This document shows positions 8,172 to 15,547 of a DNA stretch of 21,885 bases, piece by piece. This DNA comes from Verrucomicrobiota bacterium. GTDB lineage: Bacteria; Verrucomicrobiota; Verrucomicrobiia; Verrucomicrobiales; DEV007. The translations under genes were made by a program, and so were the position numbers. Where the stretch lies: assembly GCA_045046875.1 (NCBI GenBank), contig JASFYY010000090.1, forward strand, positions 1-21,885. Reading direction: 5' to 3'. The notes beneath the pieces are model-generated. The model was not told the DNA's origin and searched no databases. It worked only from the letters and a program-made list of their open reading frames with translations. Numbering within the stretch: the stretch's first letter is position 1; each line of letters begins with the position of its first letter.

Positions 8172-10019
8172 TTGTCTCTGTCATTTCACCATTCATCCTA
8201 CCCACCTTCTGTGTCTAGTCGCCTCCTTCCCAAGCCCGTATGGCTCGCCCTCTTTTTATTGATTAGCCTGACCAACGAGTTAAAATCCGCCACCCCTACT
8301 TTGGACGCCCTTTTCCCTGCAGGCATCCAAGCCGGCACAACGGCTCAAGTCATCTCAGTGGGCAAATCAGATCCGTGGCCCAGCCAAATTTCCTGTTCCA
8401 ACCCGCAAGTCACCTTCAAGCCTGATCCCAAAAAAAAGGGCACTTACTCTGTCACTGCTAAAAAGACAGCAGCAAGCGGCCCCTGCTTCGTTCGTCTTTA
8501 TAATAAAGACGGAGCCTCCAAACCAATGATCTTTGTCGTAGGCAAGCTGGTTGAGGCGTCTGAAGCCCTAGATGAAAAAGGCAACGAAAATAACGACTCC
8601 ACAAGCACGGCGGAAAAGGTGTCAAAACTCCCTGTCACGATCAATGGACGCCTGATCAAGTCCGAAGACATCGACATCTATCGTGTGACTCTAAAAAAAG
8701 GCCAAACGCTCATCGCTCATCTTGATGGTTACGGACTGCGCGCGCCGATGGATCCTTACCTACACCTCTACGATCCGGCAGGCACCCTGATCATACTCGG
8801 CAACGACAACGGCAGAAATATCGACCCCTTCATGGTTCACAAAGTCCAAAGTGATGGAGATTACACCGTGGCGGTCATGGCTTACGCCCACCCTCCCGGC
8901 TCGGACATCCGTTTCACTGGAAAGACCAGTGCGGTGTATCGCCTGACTCTCACCACCGGCCCCTGGCTTTCCCACGCTTTACCGCTGGCGGTAAAAAAAA
9001 CTGGCAATACGGCTCTCAAATTATTTGGTCATAATTTACCCGGTGGAAAAAAACACTTGGATCTCAATTTCACCATCCCTGCTCCAAATACCCAGCAGGC
9101 CATCATCCGCCACCCATCCTTCCCCAACCTACTCACCCTACCCACCACCGCAGCCACTCCCTCCCCGCTCAAGCCGGGTAGCGAAATCAAACTGCCTGCT
9201 GCTCTAAGCGGTCAACTCGCCAAAGCCAAACAAAACGATGCGCTTACCCTGACGGCCAAAAAAGGCCAGAAGCTCGACATTGAAATTTCCAGCCAACGTT
9301 TTGCGTTCCCACTGGATCCGCTACTAAGTATTCAAAACGACAAAGGCAAGGAACTCAAACGCGTGGATGACACCGGGGTAAAAACGGATCGTGATGTTAA
9401 AATTGTCTGGGCTTGCCCGGCCGACGGCAAATACACATTGCGAATTTCCGACCTCTTTCTCAAAGGAGGGCCGCGCTACCATTATTTATTGAGAGTGAAA
9501 GAAGCCAAACCCTCTTTCTCGGCGACCTTCGAAAAAAATGCCTACCTTGTCGAAGCTGGCAAAGACGTTGATGTGAAAATCAAGATCGTCCGTATCAATG
9601 GACACAACCAGCCTTTGTTAATCGAAGCCAAAGACCTGCCTGCAGGAATCAGCATCGTGCCTCCAAAGGATATTCCCAACAAAAACGCAGATATCACGGT
9701 CAAAATCAAAGCCGCTGAAAACGCTGCCGCCATCAACCAAGCCATCCACTTCAGCTTAAAGGAAAAAGCGGGAGACGCCCCCGTCAGCGCGGACGTCCTC
9801 TTTTCCTTCCTGCCAAAAATACCCGGCGGCCCCTACCTGCTCAATCAAATCAATCACACCTGGCTCACGGTGAAAGCAAAAGACAAACCCAAAGCTAAAG
9901 CCAAGCCCAAACCTCCTACCAAACCTGCAGCAAAAAAGGCTCCTAAAGCGAAAAAAGCTCCACCCAAATCCAAAGCTAAAGCAGCAGTAAAACCTGCCGC
10001 AAAAACCAAAGTCAAATAG
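8172..10019 (+). CDS. PPC (pre-peptidase C-terminal)-domain exported protein with a basic K/A/P-rich tail
   Basis: PTLDALFPAG start typical of this PVC family. Two PPC-like repeats (VTINGRL..EDIDIYRVTLKKGQ..DPYLHLYD..DGDYTV; LSGQL..QND..AKKGQKL..DPLLSI..DGKYTLRI). The start is uncertain: TTG 8172 or GTG 8211. Confidence 0.82.
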   Translation: MSLSFHHSSYPPSVSSRLLPKPVWLALFLLISLTNELKSATPTLDALFPAGIQAGTTAQVISVGKSDPWPSQISCSNPQVTFKPDPKKKGTYSVTAKKTAASGPCFVRLYNKDGASKPMIFVVGKLVEASEALDEKGNENNDSTSTAEKVSKLPVTINGRLIKSEDIDIYRVTLKKGQTLIAHLDGYGLRAPMDPYLHLYDPAGTLIILGNDNGRNIDPFMVHKVQSDGDYTVAVMAYAHPPGSDIRFTGKTSAVYRLTLTTGPWLSHALPLAVKKTGNTALKLFGHNLPGGKKHLDLNFTIPAPNTQQAIIRHPSFPNLLTLPTTAATPSPLKPGSEIKLPAALSGQLAKAKQNDALTLTAKKGQKLDIEISSQRFAFPLDPLLSIQNDKGKELKRVDDTGVKTDRDVKIVWACPADGKYTLRISDLFLKGGPRYHYLLRVKEAKPSFSATFEKNAYLVEAGKDVDVKIKIVRINGHNQPLLIEAKDLPAGISIVPPKDIPNKNADITVKIKAAENAAAINQAIHFSLKEKAGDAPVSADVLFSFLPKIPGGPYLLNQINHTWLTVKAKDKPKAKAKPKPPTKPAAKKAPKAKKAPPKSKAKAAVKPAAKTKVK

Positions 10020-10023
10020 CTTT

Positions 10024-10734
10024 TTAGCCCTTCGGATTCAAAATCATCCGATCTTCCTCAAATTGGATATCTCCCATCTTATTAAAGATCTCCAATTCAT
10101 CCTCACACGTCATCGCCAATCTGCGAAAAGCCTTCAGGATCGGTTGAAACTGCCTACCCGGAATATTCATACGTCCAATACTGCCACCGGCGACTTTCCA
10201 GTTCATCTTACGTTTGAACTTCTCCATGCTCACCTGACAACTCATCGTGAACGGATAAGAAAAAATGCTGCGCTCAACATAAACGTCTGCGTAGCCTTTT
10301 TTGAAATCCACAAAGACCCCTTTGAACTTCACAAAATTCCCCAAAAAGCCGCCCTGTTTGCCAATCACACGTTTCTGTAAATAACGGTTCATATCCTGTT
10401 CGGATAATACCATGTTATTGTCGTGAGCAATCAGAGTAGCCAGCGATTCACTCAAAATATTACGCACCTCCGTCTTGTCCTCCGGATCAGACGGATAACC
10501 CGCCACCGCAGACAAATCCTTGGGCAGCATCACCATCGTCATGAAACCTGCCATCGCCAGCGCGATTAATAAAAGCAGCACGGTGAAAACCGATACCCCA
10601 CCTGAAGATTGAGCCGCCGGCCGGTAACCGGCGCGAATAGAACTCGCCGCCGCTGACGTTTTTTTTGCGACAGGCTTTTTCCGCCGTGGTGCTTTTTTAC
10701 GTCGTCTTGGGGCTCCTGCTGATTGCGGTCTCAT
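10024..10734 (-). CDS. Single-pass membrane hypothetical protein with a basic N-terminus
   Basis: 236 aa: R/K-rich N-terminus, one TM (VFTVLLLLIALAMAGFMTMVML), then a beta-rich domain containing LSEQDMNRYL. Confidence 0.75.
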   Translation of the reverse strand: MRPQSAGAPRRRKKAPRRKKPVAKKTSAAASSIRAGYRPAAQSSGGVSVFTVLLLLIALAMAGFMTMVMLPKDLSAVAGYPSDPEDKTEVRNILSESLATLIAHDNNMVLSEQDMNRYLQKRVIGKQGGFLGNFVKFKGVFVDFKKGYADVYVERSIFSYPFTMSCQVSMEKFKRKMNWKVAGGSIGRMNIPGRQFQPILKAFRRLAMTCEDELEIFNKMGDIQFEEDRMILNPKG

Positions 10735-10778
10735 AAAAATCTAAAGCTTAATAAAATCTCGTGTAAAACTCCTGTTGC

Positions 10779-11087
10779 TCAAGCACTCTTTGCCCCACCC
10801 GATGATTTTTTCGACGAGTCACTGCTTTTGGCTTTTTTGCCCCCATCTGATTTAGATGAAGACGATGCTGAATCCTTCTTCGCCGCTGATTTATACGAAT
10901 CACTGCGGTAATCCGTGATGTAAAAGCCCGAACCCTTGAATAACAATCCCGCCCCGGCTCCAATCAATCGCTTCAGCGCACCGTCACATTCTTCTTCAGG
11001 ACAATCCGTCAAGCGATCAGCCGACATCGATTGGAAAGCATCAAAACGATGACCACATTTCTGGCATTCATACTCGTAAGTCGGCAT
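10779..11087 (-). CDS. FmdB-family zinc-ribbon protein
   Basis: MPTYEYECQKCGHRF...CPEEEC...LFKGSGFYITDY signature plus an S/K-rich tail. Confidence 0.93.
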   Translation of the reverse strand: MPTYEYECQKCGHRFDAFQSMSADRLTDCPEEECDGALKRLIGAGAGLLFKGSGFYITDYRSDSYKSAAKKDSASSSSKSDGGKKAKSSDSSKKSSGGAKSA

Positions 11088-11099
11088 ATTTTATAAAAA

Positions 11100-11142
11100 T
11101 TGATTCTCGCGACAATCAAGCCCTTCACCCCGCAACTGTCAA
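11100..11142 (-). promoter_or_regulatory. Candidate promoter for the FmdB gene with a 20-bp palindrome over its -10 region
   Basis: TTGACA (11142-11137), 17 nt, TTGATT (11119-11114). The palindrome TTGATTCTCGCGACAATCAA (11100-11119) has 9 of 10 pairs matched. Confidence 0.45.
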
Positions 11143-11264
11143 AGCACAAAAGCCCTCAAATACGCATCTTAGGGCCTCGGCAATTAATAGATTCCCCAAA
11201 ATGCGCAGGGGTTTTGATTCCCATCAAGGCAAAATTTCTGATAATAGCAAGCTATTTGAAGAAA

Positions 11265-11322
11265 TTTAACCGCAGATGGGGATCAAAAAAACACTCGTCC
11301 GCCGAAGCCATGCGAAGGAAGA
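11265..11322. repeat. Probable degenerate REP-like intergenic repeat remnants
   Basis: GTCCGCCGAAGCCATGCGAAGGAAGA (11297-11322) resembles, from my recollection, the short palindromic repeat TCCGCC-GAA-GCCTTGGC-GAA-GGCGGA. TTTAACCGCAGATGG (11265-11279) resembles the start of another common intergenic repeat. Each is single-copy in this window. Confidence 0.35.
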
Positions 11323-11339
11323 AGTAGTTTGAGGGATTT

Positions 11340-12137
11340 TTATTTTTTGCTGCGGCCCTTGCGATGAAACAGCGTCGCCACCACGTTGCGCACATACTGC
11401 TCATCAGAGAGTCCATGCGTCACCTCTTCAGGAAACTCTACCTTATTACGAAAAAACTCGGCCAACCCTTTGAAAACCTTCAAGCGCTCTTTCAAAGCCA
11501 GCTCGTTCCTGCGCAACACCGCGTCCAGCGCCAAACGAACCTCTTCCGGAGAGACTTTCTGCCTCAACCGGGTTTCCAAACGGGGGTATTGCTGGAACGA
11601 GTTTTCATCCCCTTCCAACAGTTCGTCGATCTCCGGCTCAACGATCTCCAATCGTCTCACCACCAAAGTACCTGCTGCCAGATCTCCCAATCGCTGAGCC
11701 CGGGCAGTGAACAAACAGGACAACCCACCCACCATATAAAACATCGGCAACGAATCCAGCACCCGGAACAAGTTCCTCAATATAATCTGGTTCAATCTGA
11801 GGGTCAGCCCCCTTTCATCGATCACCTGGAGCTTCATGATGCGTTTACCCAAAGTCTGCCCAGACCAAAACCACTCAAAAAATATCCCGTAACCCACCAG
11901 GGTCACAAACTGAAGCGTCACATTAAGAGCCATCGACATATCCGGTGAAATCAAAGACAACAGCTGCAAAAACTTACTTCCCAACTGAAACACCGCCACG
12001 ATCACCACCAGATCAAAAGCCCACGCCACACAACGGGTCACCGGTCCTGCCAGTGGCAAGGCGAACTCAACCCCTTCCGGGGTTTGAATCTTTAATTCTG
12101 TCGTTTTCCCCAATGCCATCGAACCCTTATCTTTCAC
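11340..12137 (-). CDS. RDD family membrane protein with a C-terminal helical domain
   Basis: IQTPEGVEFALPLAGPVTRCVAWAFD, GQTLGKRIMKLQV, RNLFRVLD and QRLGDLAAGTLVV. Confidence 0.92.
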   Translation of the reverse strand: MKDKGSMALGKTTELKIQTPEGVEFALPLAGPVTRCVAWAFDLVVIVAVFQLGSKFLQLLSLISPDMSMALNVTLQFVTLVGYGIFFEWFWSGQTLGKRIMKLQVIDERGLTLRLNQIILRNLFRVLDSLPMFYMVGGLSCLFTARAQRLGDLAAGTLVVRRLEIVEPEIDELLEGDENSFQQYPRLETRLRQKVSPEEVRLALDAVLRRNELALKERLKVFKGLAEFFRNKVEFPEEVTHGLSDEQYVRNVVATLFHRKGRSKK

Positions 12138-13137
12138 TCTTGCCCTTGCTCGCTTTGCGCCCGCTCAATGCGAGGAACAAAATCAGACCGACTAACTCAA
12201 ACATACCAAAACCTATTTTCCACGGGTATATCTCCTGCCCGTGGTATTGGGATAAAAAAGACTCCACCAGCCCAGCCCAAACCAGCATCAGTGAAGCACC
12301 CGCCACCAAAGTGATCAAATCCGCACGGATCAATCCCAAACGCTGACGCAACCGCAAATTAGTCCCCCAGCCAAACATCGCCCGGCCCAATACAATGCCT
12401 GCCTGACCGCCAATAAAAATCGCCGGCAACTCAAACGAACCATGCGGCAACAGCCAGGCCAATAGGAAAACCGCTTGCCCATCCGCGACATAGTCAAAAG
12501 CAATCGCCCCGATCAAGGCGCCATTATAGAACATCATGACGATCGTGAGCACTCCGTAGGTAAACCCCATGACCATCGCCATATAGGTCACCTTGATATT
12601 GTTAGCCATCAAGCTCGCGGAAAAACTCTGCCGCGATGAAAAATAATCGAACTCTCTGCTCTCTTCTTTTTTTACTCGATCAGATGGTTTTCCTGACAAA
12701 TGCCCAAACTGACTCGGTATCAAATCGGATTTCACCTCATAGTCCGCCGCCAACATGCCCGCGCCCAAACCCGCACCAACAAAAAAAGTGCCTATGGATA
12801 ATACAAAAGCCCGCCAATGCCGCCGGAAGGTCTGGGGAAAGGTGCCAAGCAACCAGCGAACCGGAGAAAGACGCATGCGACGGTCACTCTCCTCATGCAA
12901 TTGGCTGTAGGCTCTGGCGACCAAACTCTCCAGATAAGTTTTGATTTCCACATCGCCGGCAAACGTTTTGATCTTCACTAAATCGGACGAAGCCCGTTGA
13001 TAGAGATATTGAAACCGGCGCACCTCATCAATCGACAAACGCCGACTCGGCTGATCCCGCTGCCTTTTTAGCAAAGCACGCAACTCGTCCCAGAATGGCC
13101 GCTCGCGCTCGATAAAAACATCCAGATCCAAAATCAT
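12127..13137 (-). CDS. SpoIIM-like (DUF95) integral membrane protein
   Basis: N-terminal F...R..W..L...LYQRASSDL helical domain, NNIKV, NGALIG, PHGSFELPAIFI and AGLVESF. Overlaps both neighbours. Confidence 0.9.
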   Translation of the reverse strand: MILDLDVFIERERPFWDELRALLKRQRDQPSRRLSIDEVRRFQYLYQRASSDLVKIKTFAGDVEIKTYLESLVARAYSQLHEESDRRMRLSPVRWLLGTFPQTFRRHWRAFVLSIGTFFVGAGLGAGMLAADYEVKSDLIPSQFGHLSGKPSDRVKKEESREFDYFSSRQSFSASLMANNIKVTYMAMVMGFTYGVLTIVMMFYNGALIGAIAFDYVADGQAVFLLAWLLPHGSFELPAIFIGGQAGIVLGRAMFGWGTNLRLRQRLGLIRADLITLVAGASLMLVWAGLVESFLSQYHGQEIYPWKIGFGMFELVGLILFLALSGRKASKGKSER

Positions 13138-14537
13138 ATCAACTGCCTGCGTTTCACGTTCAGATACTGCGTCACCGCTTCCGCACTCAAAGCTTCATGA
13201 CTGGGCATCGCAAGCTCCACCCCCAGATGGCTAAGACGCTTTTTGATTTCCCTCAGCTCACGCCATTGAAAATGCCCGCTCAAACACTGATAAACTTCAT
13301 TATTATCCGAAGGGATTTTTTCTGGAGAAAAAAGCGGGTGCGCATGCTCGGGACGCACCATGTTCACCAAGACCAAATGCTGACGACTGATCAAATGAAT
13401 GCTGTCATAAAAACTCTCTGCCGTCAGCGGATCACTGAGATCGACCAACATCACTAACAGCGCCCGCCGCGTCAGGCGTTGACGCAAGGATATCATCAAC
13501 TGTTCAAAATCGGGTGCCACCTTCTTAGGTTCCATGGTGTACAAAGCATCGCGAACCACATTGTAGTGATTACGACCATTGCGACTGCGAATGAAACGAT
13601 CCACGCCATCCGCAAAACCCACAAAACCAAATAAGTCCCCCTGCCGCTGCGCCACCGAAGCAAGGATCAAAGAGCAGTGTAAAAAACGCTCCAACTGGGT
13701 CGTTACCACGAAGTCACCACCAGATCCATGCTCTATATTTCCTGCAATCACCGCCTCATCAGCCTCGTCCAAGGGCGTGCGCACTTCTCTGGCACTCATC
13801 CGGGAATGATCCACCACCACATACACCTCCTGGGTCCGTTCAATCTGGAAAGTCCGGGTCACCGGCTCGCCACGCCGCGCCATCGCCTTCCAATCAATAT
13901 CAGTATAATCATCCCCCGGCAGGTAATCCCTGAGTTGCTCAAATTCCCGCCCTTTCCCCACCTGCCGCCGTGCATGCATTCCGCTGGCACCCCGGTTCAA
14001 AAACAAAGCTGACAAACGCCGCCGCTCACTGCTCAAATCAGGATAAGTGCGCACCTCCACTTCCATCGCTAGCTGCCCGCGCATCATCCACAAGCCCAGA
14101 CGTGATGGAGTCTCCACATAACAAGCCTCGAAAAAATACTGCCCTCGACGCAAAGGCAACAACGGGTAATCCACCTGGAACACTTGGTCGTTAGGCACTT
14201 TGCCTACTTTCACAATTGGCAAATCTACCGCGCTGAACTGCTCGGGTAATTGCAAACCAAAATTAAATCCCTTCAAAGGCATTCCCTGACTGACAAACTT
14301 AAGCGGCAAAGCAAATTCCTTGCCCTTGGTGCAGCGAATAAGATCCTTGCACTGCACACTGAGACCATCGAGCGAATGCGTTGAAAGAAACAGATCGACC
14401 ACCGCTGCTAACAAAATCAATAGCGGCAATAGCATGCCCACTCCCGCCAAAGGACCACCAAAAACGACCAGGGTTGTGCAGGGAATCACCACCACAACCG
14501 TGATCAACAATAACAATCTGTTGGGAGCAAATTTCAC
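13134..14537 (-). CDS. DUF58 / vWA-type MoxR partner protein, membrane-anchored
   Basis: Two N-terminal TMs, an Ig-like segment (RRGQY), GREFEQLRDYLPGDDYTDIDWKAMAR, VVVDHSRMS and RRALLVMLVDL. Its GTG start overlaps the moxR stop (GTGA). Confidence 0.9.
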   Translation of the reverse strand: MKFAPNRLLLLITVVVVIPCTTLVVFGGPLAGVGMLLPLLILLAAVVDLFLSTHSLDGLSVQCKDLIRCTKGKEFALPLKFVSQGMPLKGFNFGLQLPEQFSAVDLPIVKVGKVPNDQVFQVDYPLLPLRRGQYFFEACYVETPSRLGLWMMRGQLAMEVEVRTYPDLSSERRRLSALFLNRGASGMHARRQVGKGREFEQLRDYLPGDDYTDIDWKAMARRGEPVTRTFQIERTQEVYVVVDHSRMSAREVRTPLDEADEAVIAGNIEHGSGGDFVVTTQLERFLHCSLILASVAQRQGDLFGFVGFADGVDRFIRSRNGRNHYNVVRDALYTMEPKKVAPDFEQLMISLRQRLTRRALLVMLVDLSDPLTAESFYDSIHLISRQHLVLVNMVRPEHAHPLFSPEKIPSDNNEVYQCLSGHFQWRELREIKKRLSHLGVELAMPSHEALSAEAVTQYLNVKRRQLI

Positions 14538-15520
14538 CGGGGCACTGCTACTTTTTCCATCAATTTACCAATCGCCTCGGGCACCGTGATGCCTTCGATT
14601 TCATATTCAGCCCTCAGCACTAAACGGTGATTCAACACCGGATAGGCCATCGTGCGAATGTCATCAGGAGTGACAAAATCCCGTCCCTCCAACGCCGCTT
14701 TTGCCCGGCTGGATAACAACAGGGCCTGGGTCGCCCGCGGCCCGGCTCCCACCTCGATGCTATCGATTGATCTCGATTCACGGATCAAATCCACCACATA
14801 AGCAATCAACTCGTCCTTGATCGTGATCCCTCTCAAGGCCTGACGAACCTTCTCCAACTCCCCCGCTTGCAACACCGGTTGCACCACATCATTCGCCAAA
14901 ATCGCTTCTGGCGAATCCAGCCCCAGAGACCTTCCCGCCAATTCCAATTCATCCTCCCGTTCGGGATAATCCATTTCCACCTTCAATAAAAACCGGTCCT
15001 TTTGCGCTTCAGGCAAAGGATAAGTGCCTTCGTATTCGATCGGATTCTGGGTCGCAAACACCGTGAACTCCGGAGGCAGGATGTGATTCACTCCGTCAAT
15101 CGTCACCACCCGTTCCTGCATCGCCTGCAACAAAGCCGACTGGGTTTTGGCCGGCGCGCGGTTGATCTCATCCGCTAGTAAAAATGAAGTGAAAACCGCG
15201 CCCTTCATCAAATGGAACGCTCCCTCTTTCATGTTAAACACATTCGTCCCGGTGATATCCGAAGGCATCAAGTCGGGGGTGAACTGAATACGGGCAAAAT
15301 CACAACCCAGCACCCGGGCCAAAGTCCGCACCAATAACGTTTTTGCCACCCCCGGCACTCCTTCGATCAATACGTGATTACCAGTGAAAATCGCAATCAA
15401 ACATTGATCCAAGACCTTTTGTTGCCCGATGATCACCTTGCCCACTTCAGCCCTCGCTTTATCCAGAACGTCTTTCACGGCCTGAACCTCTTCTCCGATA
15501 TTTTTAGTCTCGTCTTCCAT
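14534..15520 (-). CDS. moxR: MoxR-family AAA+ ATPase (MoxR proper type)
   Basis: Walker A GVPGVAKT, RIQFTPDLMPSDITG, Walker B LLADEINRA, ATQNPIEYEGTYPLPEAQKDRF and sensor II GPRA. AGGAG ribosome-binding site upstream. Confidence 0.96.
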   Translation of the reverse strand: MEDETKNIGEEVQAVKDVLDKARAEVGKVIIGQQKVLDQCLIAIFTGNHVLIEGVPGVAKTLLVRTLARVLGCDFARIQFTPDLMPSDITGTNVFNMKEGAFHLMKGAVFTSFLLADEINRAPAKTQSALLQAMQERVVTIDGVNHILPPEFTVFATQNPIEYEGTYPLPEAQKDRFLLKVEMDYPEREDELELAGRSLGLDSPEAILANDVVQPVLQAGELEKVRQALRGITIKDELIAYVVDLIRESRSIDSIEVGAGPRATQALLLSSRAKAALEGRDFVTPDDIRTMAYPVLNHRLVLRAEYEIEGITVPEAIGKLMEKVAVPR

Positions 15521-15547
15521 AAAATACTAACTCCTATATACTGACTT

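Noticed and set aside
8172..10019. Calling the PPC protein a serine protease
   Set aside because: No S8 or other catalytic motifs are visible, only PPC/Ig-like segments.
10019..10024. Intrinsic terminators at the convergent junctions (3812/3822 and 10019/10024)
   Set aside because: The gaps are only 9 and 4 nt and I found no convincing GC-rich hairpin plus U-tract.
11100..11327. 75-aa + strand ORF between the FmdB and RDD genes
   Set aside because: TTG start with no motif; it overlaps the promoter/palindrome and the repeat remnants.
12127..13137. Sporulation function implied by the SpoIIM name
   Set aside because: The DUF95/SpoIIM-like family is widespread in non-sporulating bacteria, and the context here is the MoxR operon.
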